Source: Azolla caroliniana
Taxonomy: Eukaryota; Plantae; Polypodiophyta
Assembly (NCBI GenBank): GCA_043228905.1
Contig: JBHGNT010000018.1
Span: forward strand, 16,864,001 to 16,928,000
Reading direction: 5' to 3'
DNA: 64,000 bases
Of this stretch, positions 37,184-49,427 are shown in pieces. The translations under genes were made by a program, and so were the position numbers. A model generated the notes under the pieces. It saw only the letters and a program-made list of their open reading frames with translations, was not told the DNA's origin and did not search any database. How positions within the stretch are numbered: the stretch's first letter is position 1; the number at the start of each line of letters is the position of its first letter.

Positions 37184-40100
37184 TGTAGATGGCGTAATGT
37201 AAAAATTGAGGATTTTGAGGCATAATGTTCACCATCACTTCATATTATATTTGTATATGAGAACATCTGTAATTGTTTATCGTTTAATTAAATTCACCTG
37301 TTCATAATTTCCCTTTTTAATCATTATTGGAACCGTTGTTTGTATTTACATATAATTGGTCACCATGCTCTTCTTCAGTTTGAGATATTAACATGATATT
37401 GTAATTTCTCATTTCCGTTAGCATGATTGTATATGAAAAGGCGAATGTTTTTGATAATAAGAGGTTTTTAGTTACCTACGGTTCAAGTCTACTGGTTCCA
37501 CATAGTATAAATGAATGTCGTACGTAATTGTTACTCTTACCAATTACATTGTCATGAACTATATGACATTATGTTGAGAACTTGACGTTCCTTATGTCCG
37601 ACGCTCAGCCACAACCGAGATTCTTTTCATACACAGAAAAACAGGTAATGTAACGCGACACAAAAGAGGAGAAATGGTACACAGGAGATATACGTGGAAA
37701 ACCCCAAAATAGGGGAAAAAACCACGGCAGCCCACAAGCTGCAAACTGTCACTATGTAGAAATATACAACAGTGAGATCACTGAGGCAACGACATCGTGC
37801 TCTCAGATCTTCGCCACAGGCGGCGGTTACAACAGAGGCAACGACCTCATCTCTCTCTCTCTCTCTCTCTCTCTGTACAGTTACGTACTCTAATTTCTTC
37901 TTTCACCAACAAGGAAGAATAATCACAAAAAACGACAACTGCTAAAAAAAAACTAAAAGTTTGCCCTAAGTCATATTTATACTAATATGACTTTTCGGCT
38001 ATTTACAAATGTAGCCTTGATGGGCTCCATCCGGCTCTCCGCAGTCGGGTACTCCTCATCCGGTTCATACCGGGCCTACACCATCCGACTCTCCGCAGTC
38101 GGGTACTCCCCATCCGGTTCATACCGTTTCGGCCTCGGCCTGTAAACCTCGGCCGAGTTTGTTCGTCTGCACTGTTCTTCTCCCTTCCCATCCGGAGGGA
38201 CCTGTCTACCAACAAACTCCCCCTTCACTCCGGCATGGGGTGTCTTTCCAGCCCGATCCTCTTCCGGCATGCGTCCAGCTTGTCGGGTGTCAGCACTTTG
38301 GTCAGCATATCTGACCCGTTCTCGGCCGTGTGGATCTTCGCCAATGCGAACTCCTGGTCATCTACCCTTTCCCGGATCCAGTGATACCTCCGCTGGATAT
38401 GCTTCGTCCGGGAATGGTAGGCCGCATTCTTAGCAAGGTGGATGGCACTTTGACTGTCGCAGTAGAGTCGGTATTCCTCTTGCCGGATACCGAGCTCCCT
38501 GATGAAGTCCTTCATCCATAATATTTCCTTGCCGGCTTCCACAGCCGCCATGTATTCCGCCTCTGTGGTTGACAATGCAACCGTCTTCTGCAGCCTCGAC
38601 TGCCACGAGACAGCTCCCCCTGCATATGTCATCACATACTCAGATGTAGACCGGCTAGTATCCACATCAGCCGACATGTCCGAATCGGTGAAACCGTCCA
38701 ATTGAGGTTTTCCGGTGCCGAATCGGAGACACATATTTGAAGTGCCCTTCAAATACCGGAGTATCCATTTGACCGCGTTCCAATGCTCCTTGCCGGGATT
38801 ACTCATGAACCGGCTCACCACTCCGACTGCGTATCCAATGTCCGGTCGGGTACAAACCATTGCGTACATCAAGCTCCCGACGGCAGAGGCATATGGAATC
38901 TTCGTCATATCTGCCTTCTCTCCTTTTGTCTTCGGGCTTTGCTTGCCGGACAACTTGCAGTTTGCCGGAAGTGTCGATCCGACCGGTTTTGCATCTGACA
39001 TGTTGAACCGGTGAAGCACCTTTGTCACATACTTCTCCTGTGAGAGCCATAGTTGCTTCACTGACCGGTCCCGAATGATGTGCATCCCCAACATCTGTCT
39101 TGCCGGACCCAAGTCTTTCATTGAGAAGGTCCGGTTGAGAGCCTTCTTCAGCATCCGTATTTTGCCTTGGTCTCGTCCGACGATCAACATGTCATCCACG
39201 TACAGGAGGAGTATCAGGAAGTCCCCTCCTTCGAACTTCTTCACAAACACGCAGTGATCGGCCTGCGTCTTGTGGTACCCTTGATTGGTCATGAAGGAGT
39301 CGAACTTCCGATACCATTGCCGGGGAGCCTGCTTCAGTCCGTACAGGCTCTTCTTCAACCGGCATACCTGGTGCTCCTTCCCTTTCTCCACAAATCCTTC
39401 CGGTTGCTGCATGTAGATTTTCTCTTCGAGGTCGCCGTGGAGGAATGCTGTCTTCACGTCCAGCTGCTCTACCTCGAGATCCATGCTTGCTGCTATACTC
39501 AGCACCGTCCGGATGGAGGTCATCTTTACTACCGGGGCGAATATTTCGTCGAAGTCCACGCCCTTCTTCTGCTAGAACCCCTTCACCACGATCCTGGCTT
39601 TGTATCTCGGGGGGTTGCCGGCATCTCCCGGTTTCAACTTGAACACCCACTTGTTTCGGAGTGCCCGCTTTTCTTTCGGCAGCTCCACCAATTCGTACGT
39701 ATGGTTCTCATGCAGGGAATCCATCTCATCCTGCATGGCAGTTAACCATTTTCGGCTGTGGGTGTCTTCCTTCGCTTCTTCGAAGCTTTCCGGCTCCCCC
39801 TCATCGGTTAGCAGGACATGCTCTGCATCCGGAAATCTCCGGGGCGCCCTTCTCTCTCTGAGAGGATATCTATGTCTTCGGGCTTCGGTAATCGGTTCCT
39901 CCATTTGCTCTTCATCCGAATCCGATTCGGGATCTTGACCGGTTCCGGTCTCAGCTTCCTCTACTTCTTCTTCTGCCGGTTCGGTATCCTCACCGTAACC
40001 GGCTGGTTCCTCGAGTGCTAACCGGTCTCTTGTCGGTTGGGTCTGCTCATTGTAGAGTCTATCCTTACCGGTCGACTCGGAGTTCACTATCTTCTTCTCC

Positions 40101-40305
40101 GACTCCCAGTCGGCGAGCGTCTTGTCCTCCATGAAGATAATATCTCGACTCCGGAATATCTTCTTGTCGACCGGGTCCCACACTCGGTAGCCGAACTCAT
40201 CGTCACCGTAACCGAGGAATATGCATGGCCGGGTCTTTGGATCTAGCTTTCCTCTCCGGTCCTTTGCTACATGCACGTACGCGAGACACCCGAACACCCT
40301 TAGAT

Positions 40306-43300
40306 TGTTGTACACAGTGCTCGGCCACAACCGAGGAATAGGATCAACTCACAGAAAACAGGAAATACAAAAAATGCACGAGGACAATAGAGAGAAGAGT
40401 ACACAGGATGTTTTACGTGGAAAACCCTAAATGGGAAAAAACCACGGGAGTCCTCAAACTCCAACTATCACTATAAACAGAGATGTACAATGGTGAAGCT
40501 ACAAGGCAACAACCTTGAGCTCACTGTCTTCGCCACAGGCGGCGGTAATACACAGAGGCAACGACCTCTTCGTCTCTCTCTCTCTCACTCTCTCTCTCGG
40601 CTGCTCTCACTTAGCTCCCTCTAAGTGAAAACAGAAAAATGAGCAACAACTTACAAACTGTTTGCCCTAAGTCATATTTATACACATTTGACTTTCGGGC
40701 TATTTACAAATATAGCCTAGAGGGCCCTTGGCAAACATATTCACAAATATGTCCCCGCATCCGGATCTCTCTCCGGGTACATTCGTCATCCGGCTCCGTA
40801 GCCGGGGTCTTCAGCATCCGGCTCCGTAGCCGGGGTCTTCATCATCCGGATCCGGAGCCGGGTACTCTTCATCCGGCTTCATGCCGGGTACTCTTCATCA
40901 TCCGGTTCCGTAACCGCAACCGGGCTTGCCGTCATTCATCTCCGGACATCCCATCCGGAGGGACCGAAATCCCAACAAACTCCCCCTTCACTTCGGCATG
41001 GGATGTCTCTCCAATCCGATCCTCTTCCGGCATGCTTCCAGCTTGTCGGGTGTGAGCACCTTGGTCAGCATATCCGACCCGTTCTCGTCCGTGTGGATCT
41101 TCGTCAGTACGAACTCCTTGTCTTCTATCCTTTCCCGGATCCAGTGGTATCTACGCTGGATGTGTTTCGTCCGGGAATGGTAGGCCGCGTTCTTCGCAAG
41201 GTGGATGGCACTCTGACTATCGCAGTAGAGCTGGTACTCCTCCTGCCGGATACCGAGCTCTCTAATGAAGTCCTTCATCCATATTATTTCCTTGCCGGCT
41301 TCAACAGCCGCCATGTACTCCACCTCCGTGGTTGACAACGCAACCGTCTTCTGCAACCTCGACTGCCACGAAACGGCTCCCCCTGCATATGTCATTACAT
41401 ACCCTGATGTAGACCGGCTGGTATCTGCATCAGCCGACATGTCCGAATCGGTAAATCCATCGAGTTCGGGCTTACCGGAGCCGAATCGGAGGCACATGTT
41501 CGAAGTGCCCTTTAAGTATCGGAGTATCCATTTGACCGCCTTCCAGTGCTCCTTGCCGGGATTACTCATATACCGGCTCACCACTCCGACTGCGTATCCA
41601 ATGTCCGGTCGGGTACACACCATCGCGTACATCAAGCTCCCGACGGCAGAGGCATATGGTATCTTCATCATATCCTCCTTTTCAACTTTTGTCTTGGGAC
41701 TTTGCTTGCCGGATAACTTGCAGTTTGCTGGGAGGGTCGACCCGACCGGTCTTGCTTCCGACATGTTGAACCGGTGAAGCACCTTTGTCACGTACTTCTC
41801 CTGTGACAGCCACAACTGCTTCTTCTTCCGGTCCCGGATGATGTGCATCCCTAGTATTTGCCTCGCCGGACCCAGGTCCTTCATTGAGAAAGTTCGGTGA
41901 AGCGCTTTCTTCAGCATCCGTATCTTGGCCTGGTCCCGTCCGACGATCAACATGTCGTCCACGTATAGGAGGAGTATCAGGAAGTCCCCTCCTTCGAACT
42001 TCTTCACAAACACGCAGTGATCGGACTGCGTTTTGTGGTACCCTTCGTCGGTCATGAAAGAGTCGAACTTCCGGTACCATTGCCGGGGAGCCTGCTTCAG
42101 TCCGTAAAGGCTCTTCTTCAACCGGCATACCAGGTGCTCCTTCCCTTTCTTCTCGAATCCTTCTGGTTGCTGCATGTAGATCTCTTCTTCGAGGTCACCG
42201 TGAAGGAATGCCGTCTTCACGTCCATCTGTTCTACCTCGAGGTCCATGCTTGCCGCTATGCTCAGCACCGTCCGGATGGAGGTCATCTTCACTACCGGGG
42301 CAAATATCTCGTCGAAGTCGACGCCCTTCTTCTGCTGGAACCCCTTCACCACGATCCTGGCTTTGTATCTCGGGGGGTTTCCGGCATCTCCCGGTTTCAG
42401 CTTGAACACCCACTTGTTTCGAAGTGCCCGCTTTCCTTTCGGCAACTCCACAAGTTCATATGTGTGGTTCTCATGCAGGGAATCCATCTCGTCCTGCATG
42501 GCACTTAACCACCTGCGGCTATGTGTGTCAAGCTTTGCTTCTTCAAAACTCTCCGGCTCCCCCTCGTCGGTTAGCAGCACGTGCTCTGGTTCCGGAAATC
42601 TCCGGAGGGCCCTTCTCTCTCTTAGAGGATATCTCCGTTCCGGAGCTTCGGTAACCGGCTCCTCCGTTTCCTCTTCATCCGAATCCATTTCGGGATCGGG
42701 GCCAGTTCCAGTATCAGTTTCATCTTCCTCGGCCGGTTCTGTTTCTTCACCGTCTTCGGCCGGATCCTCGAGTGCTAACCGGTCCCTTGCCGGTCGGGAC
42801 TGCTCCTCGTAGGGTTGATTCTCACCGGTCGACTTGGAGTTCTTCAACTTCTTCTCTGACTCCCAGTCGGCGAGTGTCTTGTCCTCCATGAAGATGATAT
42901 CACGACTCCGGAATATCTTTTTGTCGACCGGGTCCCATACTCGGTAGCCGAACTCGTCATCGCCGTAACCGAGGAATATGCATGGCCGGGTCTTTGGATC
43001 TAGCTTTCCTCTCCGGTCCTTTGCTACATGCACATATGCGAGACACCCGAACACCTTCAGATGCCGATAGGATACTTCCCTACCGGTCCACACTGTCTGC
43101 GGCGTGTCTCCGTCCAAAGGTACTGAGGGTGATCTGTTTATCACGTATGTCGCCGTCGACATTGCCTCAGCCCAAAATCCCTTGGGTAATTTCGCATGCG
43201 CCAGCATACTCCGGACCCTCTCCATTATGGTCCGGTTCATCCTCTCGGCCAGCCCGTTCAGTTCCGGCGACTTCGGCACAGTAAACTCGAGCCGGATTCC

Positions 43301-45764
43301 CTTCGAGCGACAGTACTCCTCGAACTGCCCCCGGTATTCCCCTCCGTTATCCGCTCGTATCGCTTTCAGCTTCTTGCCGGATTCTCTTTCCACTCTCGCG
43401 TGGAGTTCTTTGAAGACGGACAATACTTGGTCCTTTGTCTTCAACGGTGCCGTCCACAGCTTCCGGCTATGGTCATCTATGAATGTTACGAAGTACTGGG
43501 CTCCGCCATGTGACTTCGTTTCTACCTGACACACATCAGTGTGTACCAACTCCAATGGTACACTACGTCTCATCGGTGGTCTTGAGCGGAAGGAGGTCCG
43601 GTTTTGCTTACCGGCCAGACAGTCGGTACACTTCCCCAGTTGTACGTGCTTTACCGGTATCAAGTTGTCTTCGGCAAGCCTCTTCATCCCCTTCTCGCTC
43701 ATGTGGCACAGTCTCTTGTGCCACAGCTCACCGGCAGTGTCAGCTGCCACGTTCAGCTCCTCCGGACATAGCCGGGAATTCATCAGGTACAGTGTGTTGA
43801 CCTTCCGGGCCCGAGCCACTATCAGGCTCCCTTTGCTGAACTTCATGACACCGTTCCGGATGCTACCCGTGTAGCCTTCATCGTCTAGCCTGCCGGCCGA
43901 AATCAGGTTCAATCGAACCTCCGGAACGTGTCGAACATCCTTCAGCAGCATCTTGCATCCGGTTGATGTCATCAGCCACACGTCTCCTATGCCGGCAATC
44001 CGGCATGTACCTTCATTTCCCATCCGGACACAGCCGTGCTCACCGGCTGTGTAGGATGAGAAGTATTTCTTCTCCGGGGTCAGGTGGAACGACGCTCCGG
44101 AATCGACCACCCAGGTCATCTCTTCACCGGCAAGGTTCAGCTCCCTCTCTTCGGTAATGAGCATTATCTCTTCTTCACTTGCCGCGAGTGCCGTCGTTCC
44201 TTTCCGGTCCTGCCCTCGCCGATCCGGACCTCTCCGGTCCGCGGCTCCCCGGTATGCACCGTTTCGCTCCGGTGACTTCTTCGAATCGGTACCGTCGGTT
44301 CCGTTGTCTTTCCGGAAATGCCGACAGTTCTTCTGGAAGTGCCCCGGCTTCCCACAGTAGAAGCATGTAGGTCTTCCCCTCGACTGCGACCGTGTCCCCG
44401 ACTTCTCCCGTCTTTGCGGACTTCGGTTCCGTTGTCTTCCCCGTTCCGATTCGGTAAGCAGCGCCTTCGAGTCGGAGGCCGGTTCTTTATCTCTCCGACG
44501 CGCTTCTTCATTTAGAATACTGGTCTTTACCGTTAGTAAAGACAAGTTCTCTTCCTTACAGGAGGTGCTGAGTGTAACTACCAAGTTCTCCCAGCTCTCC
44601 GGAAGGGTACACATCAGCATGATGGCTTGCATTGCGTCATCCAACGGGAACTTGATCGCCGCAAGCTGGTTCACGAATCCCATGAACGTGCTGACGTGTT
44701 CGACCATGCTCTCGCCGTCCCGGTACTTAAGATTCACTATCTTCCTCATCAGGGAGGTCCGGGTTAGAGCATTCTTCCTCTCATACAGTCCGGACAGCTT
44801 CTGCCACATCTCATAGGCGTTCGTATCGTTCGCCACATGTTGCAGGACACTTACATCGACATATTGCCGGATCGTCGCTACGGCTTTCCGGTTCAGGAGC
44901 TTCCACTCCGACTCTATTACTCCCTTGGGTATCTCGGCATTGTCGATCGGTTCGTACAGGTCTCGGACGATGAGAAGGTCTTCCATCTTTATCTTCCAGT
45001 CGGCGTAGTTCTGTGAGTTCAACACCATCATGCCTGGAGGCCCACTACCGCCGCCTTCCATTTTCTGTGTTACCGTCGCTCTGATACCACTTTGTTGTAC
45101 ACAGTGCTCGGCCACAACCGAGGAATAGGATCAACTCACAGAAAACAGGAAATACAAAAAATGCACGAGGACAATAGAGAGAAGAGTACACAGGATGTTT
45201 TACGTGGAAAACCCTAAATGGGAAAAAACCACGGGAGTCCTCAAACTCCAACTATCACTATAAACAGAGATGTACAATGGTGAAGCTACAAGGCAACAAC
45301 CTTGAGCTCACTGTCTTCGCCACAGGCGGCGGTAATACACAGAGGCAACGACCTCTTCGTCTCTCTCTCTCTCACTCTCTCTCTCGGCTGCTCTCACTTA
45401 GCTCCCTCTAAGTGAAAACAGAAAAATGAGCAACAACTTACAAACTGTTTGCCCTAAGTCATATTTATACACATGTGACTTTCGGGCTATTTACAAATAT
45501 AGCCTAGAGGGCCCTTGGCAAACATATTCACAAATATGTCCCCGCATCCGGATCTCTCTCCGGGTACATTCGTCATCCGGCTCCGTAGCCGGGGTCTTCA
45601 GCATCCGGCTCCGTAGCCGGGGTCTTCATCATCCGGATCCGTAGCCGGGTACTCTTCGTCCGGCTTCATGCCGGGTACTCTTCATCATCCGGTTCCGTAA
45701 CCGCAACCGGGCTTGCCGTCATTCATCTCCGGACATCCCATCCGGAGGGACCGAAATCCCAACA
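40306..45764 (-). mobile_element. Ty1/copia element F (A family), complete
   Basis: 672-bp LTRs 45093-45764 and 40306-40977 (about 3 substitutions); TSD TAGAT; iMet PBS at about 45078-45089; PPT. Confidence 0.97.
40988..45061 (-). CDS. Copia F intact gag-pol polyprotein (~1357 aa)
   Basis: Uninterrupted ORF from ATG 45061; all copia motifs present; closely similar to the element A protein. Confidence 0.96.
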   Translation of the reverse strand: MEGGGSGPPGMMVLNSQNYADWKIKMEDLLIVRDLYEPIDNAEIPKGVIESEWKLLNRKAVATIRQYVDVSVLQHVANDTNAYEMWQKLSGLYERKNALTRTSLMRKIVNLKYRDGESMVEHVSTFMGFVNQLAAIKFPLDDAMQAIMLMCTLPESWENLVVTLSTSCKEENLSLLTVKTSILNEEARRRDKEPASDSKALLTESERGRQRNRSPQRREKSGTRSQSRGRPTCFYCGKPGHFQKNCRHFRKDNGTDGTDSKKSPERNGAYRGAADRRGPDRRGQDRKGTTALAASEEEIMLITEERELNLAGEEMTWVVDSGASFHLTPEKKYFSSYTAGEHGCVRMGNEGTCRIAGIGDVWLMTSTGCKMLLKDVRHVPEVRLNLISAGRLDDEGYTGSIRNGVMKFSKGSLIVARARKVNTLYLMNSRLCPEELNVAADTAGELWHKRLCHMSEKGMKRLAEDNLIPVKHVQLGKCTDCLAGKQNRTSFRSRPPMRRSVPLELVHTDVCQVETKSHGGAQYFVTFIDDHSRKLWTAPLKTKDQVLSVFKELHARVERESGKKLKAIRADNGGEYRGQFEEYCRSKGIRLEFTVPKSPELNGLAERMNRTIMERVRSMLAHAKLPKGFWAEAMSTATYVINRSPSVPLDGDTPQTVWTGREVSYRHLKVFGCLAYVHVAKDRRGKLDPKTRPCIFLGYGDDEFGYRVWDPVDKKIFRSRDIIFMEDKTLADWESEKKLKNSKSTGENQPYEEQSRPARDRLALEDPAEDGEETEPAEEDETDTGTGPDPEMDSDEEETEEPVTEAPERRYPLRERRALRRFPEPEHVLLTDEGEPESFEEAKLDTHSRRWLSAMQDEMDSLHENHTYELVELPKGKRALRNKWVFKLKPGDAGNPPRYKARIVVKGFQQKKGVDFDEIFAPVVKMTSIRTVLSIAASMDLEVEQMDVKTAFLHGDLEEEIYMQQPEGFEKKGKEHLVCRLKKSLYGLKQAPRQWYRKFDSFMTDEGYHKTQSDHCVFVKKFEGGDFLILLLYVDDMLIVGRDQAKIRMLKKALHRTFSMKDLGPARQILGMHIIRDRKKKQLWLSQEKYVTKVLHRFNMSEARPVGSTLPANCKLSGKQSPKTKVEKEDMMKIPYASAVGSLMYAMVCTRPDIGYAVGVVSRYMSNPGKEHWKAVKWILRYLKGTSNMCLRFGSGKPELDGFTDSDMSADADTSRSTSGYVMTYAGGAVSWQSRLQKTVALSTTEVEYMAAVEAGKEIIWMKDFIRELGIRQEEYQLYCDSQSAIHLAKNAAYHSRTKHIQRRYHWIRERIEDKEFVLTKIHTDENGSDMLTKVLTPDKLEACRKRIGLERHPMPK

Positions 45765-48700
45765 TAGATGCCGGTAGGACACTTCCTTACCGGTCCATAC
45801 TCTCTGTGGCGTGTCTCCGTCCAGGGGTACTGAGGGTGATCTGTTTATCACATATGTCGCCGTCGACAGTGCCTCAGCCCAAAACTTCTTGGGTAGTTTT
45901 GCATGCGCTAGCATACTCCGGACCCTCTCCATTATGGTCCGGTTCATCCTCTTGGCCAGTCCGTTTAGCTCCGGCGTCTTCGGCACGATAAAATCGAGCC
46001 GGATTCCCTTCAAGCGGCAGTACTCCTCGAACTGCCCCCGGTACTCACCTCCGTTATCTGCTCGAACCGCCTTCAGCTTCCGGCCGGTTTCTCTTTCCAC
46101 TCTCGCGTGGAGCTCTTTGAAGACGGATAACACCTGATCCTTCGTCTTCAGCGGTGTGGCCCACAGCTTCCGGCTGTGGTCATCTATGAACGTCACGAAG
46201 TACTGCACTCCGGCATGTGACTTCGTGTCTACTTAACAAACATCCGTATGCACCAACTCCAGTGGTGCATTACGTCTCATCGGTGGCCTTGGTCGGAAGG
46301 AGGTCTGGTTCTGCTTACCGGCCAGACAATCAGTGCACTTCTCTAAGTGCACGTTCTTCACTGGAATGAGGTTGTCGTCTCCAGGCCTCTTCATCCCCTT
46401 CTCACTCATGTGACATAGCCTCTTGTGCCACAGCTCACCGGCAGTGTCGGAAGCCACGTTCACTTCTTCCAGACATAACCGGGCATTCATCAGGTACATT
46501 GTGTTTACCTTCTGGGCCCGAGCCACAATCAGGCTCCCTTTGCTGAACTTCATGACACCGTTCCGGATGCTACCCGTGTAGCCTTCATCATCTAGCCGAC
46601 CGGCTGATATCAGGTTCAGACGAACTTCCGGAACGTGTCGGACATCTTTCAACAGCAACTTGCATCCGGTTGGTGTTGTCAGCCACACGTCTCCTATGCC
46701 GACAATTCGGCATGTTCCTTCATTCCCCATCCGGACACAGCCGTGATCACCGGCTGAGTAGGATGAGAAGCATTTCCGGTCCGGGGTAAGGTGGAACGAC
46801 GCTCCGGAGTCTACCACCCAGGTCATCTCATCGCCGGCATGGTTTATCTCACTCTCCTCGGTGATGAGCATCAACTCCTCTTCACTTGCCGCAATTGTCG
46901 TCGTTCCCTTCAGGTCCGGCCCCCTCCGGTCTTTACCGTTCCGGTCTGTACCGTTCCGGTTCGGGGTTTGCTTCGAATCGGTACCGTCGGTTTCCTTGTC
47001 TTTACGGAAATGCCGACAGTTCTTTTGGAAGTGTCCCGGCTTGCCGCAATAGAAGCAAGTAGGCCTCCCCCTTGACTTTGATCGTGTCCCCGACTTCTCC
47101 CGGTTCTGGGGACTACGGTTTCTATGTCTTCCGCGTTCCGATTCGGTAAGGAGCGCTTTGGAGTCGGAGCTCGTATCTTTGTCTTTCCGACAAGCCTCCT
47201 CATCTAGCAAGCTCGACTTTACTCTTGCTAGGGATAACCGTTTTCCTTCCGGCCCGGCGTTGCCCAAAGTAACAACCAACGTCTCCCAGCTATCCGGGAG
47301 GGAACCGAGCAGGAGTAGCGCTAGGACCTCATCGGCAAGAGGTACTTCCAATGACGTTGCCTGGTGAATCAGCCCCTGGAAGGCATTCATATGCTCCGCC
47401 ATGTTGGAGCCATCTTGGTACCGGAGTCTTACAAGCTTCCGGAATACCGACGCCTGATTGACAGCATTTTTGTTCTGGAACATCATGCCGATCTTCTCCC
47501 AGAGCTCATGAGCCTTGCTCTCTTCATTGAAGTTGTTGTACATGCTCATGTCGATGAAGCACCGTATGTACGCCGTTGTCTTCATGTGCATCACCTCCCA
47601 TATCGCGGCGTCGATTTTGTCCGGTCTCTTGTCCCCGAACTGAACCGGCAGCCAGAGGTCTTTAACCACGAGCATGTCCCTCATCTTCGACTTCCACACT
47701 GAATAGTTGGAGCCGGTGAGCTTGAACATGCCGCCAAACGATTTGTCCATTTTTCTGTGTCGATTTTGCTCTGATACCACTTGTTGAGAACTTGACGTTC
47801 CTTATGTCCGACGCTCGGCCACAACCGAGATTCTTTTCATACACAGAAAAACAGGTAATGTAACGCGACACAAAAGAGGAGAAATGGTACACAGGAGATA
47901 TACGTGGAAAACCCCAAAATAGGGGAAAAAACCACGGCAGCCCACAAGCTGCAAACTGTCACTATGTAGAAATATACAACAGTGAGATCACTGAGGCAAC
48001 GACATCGTGCTCTCAGATCTTCGCCACAGGCGGCGGTTACAACAGAGGCAACGACCTCGTCTCTCTCTCTCTCTCTCTGTACAGTTACGTACTCTAATTT
48101 CTTCTTTCACCAACAAGGAAGAATAATCACAAAAAACGACAACTGCTAAAAAAAAACTAAAAGTTTGCCCTAAGTCATATTTATACTAATATGACTTTTC
48201 GGCTATTTACAAATGTAGCCTTGATGGGCTCCATCCGGCTCTCCGCAGTCGGGTACTCCTCATCCGGTTCATACCGGGCCTACACCATCCGACTCTCCGC
48301 AGTCGGGTACTTCTCATCCGGTTCATACCGGGCCTACACCATCCGACTCTCCGCAGTCGGGTACTCCCCATCCGGTTCATACCGTTTCGGCCTCGGCCTG
48401 TAAACCTCGGCCGAGTTTGTTCGTCTGCACTGTTCTTCTCCCTTCCCATCCGGAGGGACCTGTCTACCAACACATTATACAATGAAACTATCGATATACC
48501 CGTCCAACAAATGGGGTACTACTTTATTCCTAAACCCAAAACCACATATTTATAATTACGGTTTATGTAGTTTTACTCTACAATTTGAATATGGATACCA
48601 ATTTTAGAACTTTATATTGAACCAAGTCTTCAATTGTGCTCCATGATATGCAAATTGACACGAATGTGGACACATATACAATTTAGTAATTGCTAGGTTT

Positions 48701-48819
48701 TTTTTGTTCTATATTTAACCATCAGGTCGCAAAAGGGGTACGCATGCATCGTATATTTTCGATATCAGGCTAAAATAGGGTACTTTTCTACATTTGGCCA
48801 ACTATGCCAAAAGAGAATA

Positions 48820-48852
48820 CGACATATTACCTGTTTCAAATGACCCGGTGTT
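48820..48852 (-). repeat. Right TIR of the Sola-like element
   Basis: Exact inverted copy of 31148-31180, followed by the CAAT TSD. Confidence 0.95.
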
Positions 48853-48856
48853 CAAT

Positions 48857-49092
48857 GCATTCCCTTGGGCATTGATTAAGTCGGCCCATTTGAAGCTTGC
48901 TTTTTGTCCTATCATTAGCCCATCCACATCTCTTATGAGTGGATTCCACACAATGGGCATGTACATCCGGGCATATGCATCATTTCTCCACCTACATGTG
49001 ATCCCCTTTCTTATTCCATCAACACATAGACTCTACATACTTCCCCAATATTTGGGTCGCATTTCTGGCACAAAACCTAAAAAGGGGCTGCT
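48857..49092 (-). pseudogene. LINE ORF2 fragment between the TIR element and G2
   Basis: Bounded by the two TSD-defined insertion sites; continues the LINE from 54740. Confidence 0.6.
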
Positions 49093-49389
49093 TGCCATGA
49101 TATGGAAAGATTCGAACCCATGACCTTATGTTACATGGGTCGAGCTCTTGACCATTAGCCTATATATTGTGATATGAAGGATATTATTTTCATTTAAGTT
49201 TTACTACAGAAAATAGATATATGTTCTAGATTTCTCTGGAACATTCTAGAAACTTCAAGAGTACTCCTAAGAACACTATAAAAGGAGGCACAATGCATTT
49301 TTTTGAACCAAATCTGTTCAACGCCAGTCTTAAGCCTCCTAGCCACTACTGTATATTCTCTTCACATAGTATATATCTTTTGTTATCAT

Positions 49390-49427
<38 letters not shown>

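Larger units (their letters stand above)
38225..47750 (-). pseudogene. Copia E gag-pol (47750-45770 plus 40305-38225)
   Basis: All copia domains in order; stops at 46233 and 39572; integrase split by F. Confidence 0.92.
37572..48472 (-). mobile_element. Ty1/copia element E, complete, interrupted by F
   Basis: LTRs 47782-48472 (5') and 37572-38214 (3'); TSD CATTA; iMet PBS 47768-47779; PPT at 38215-38225. Confidence 0.96.
31148..48852. mobile_element. Sola-like TIR DNA transposon (~6.8 kb net) carrying a ParB-DNA methyltransferase gene
   Basis: Perfect 33-bp TIRs; 4-bp TSD CAAT (31144-31147 / 48853-48856); encloses the transposase and the cargo gene; hosts copias E and F. Confidence 0.9.

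Noticed and set aside
48231-48385. Regularly spaced repeats in LTRs (also 40785-40905) as a CRISPR array
   Set aside because: Head-to-tail tandem units without unique spacers, inside LTRs, with no cas genes.
31148-48852. CACTA, hAT, Mutator or piggyBac classification
   Set aside because: Termini are AACAC, the TSD is 4-bp CAAT (not 3, 8 or 9 bp, nor TTAA), and the transposase motifs fit Sola better.
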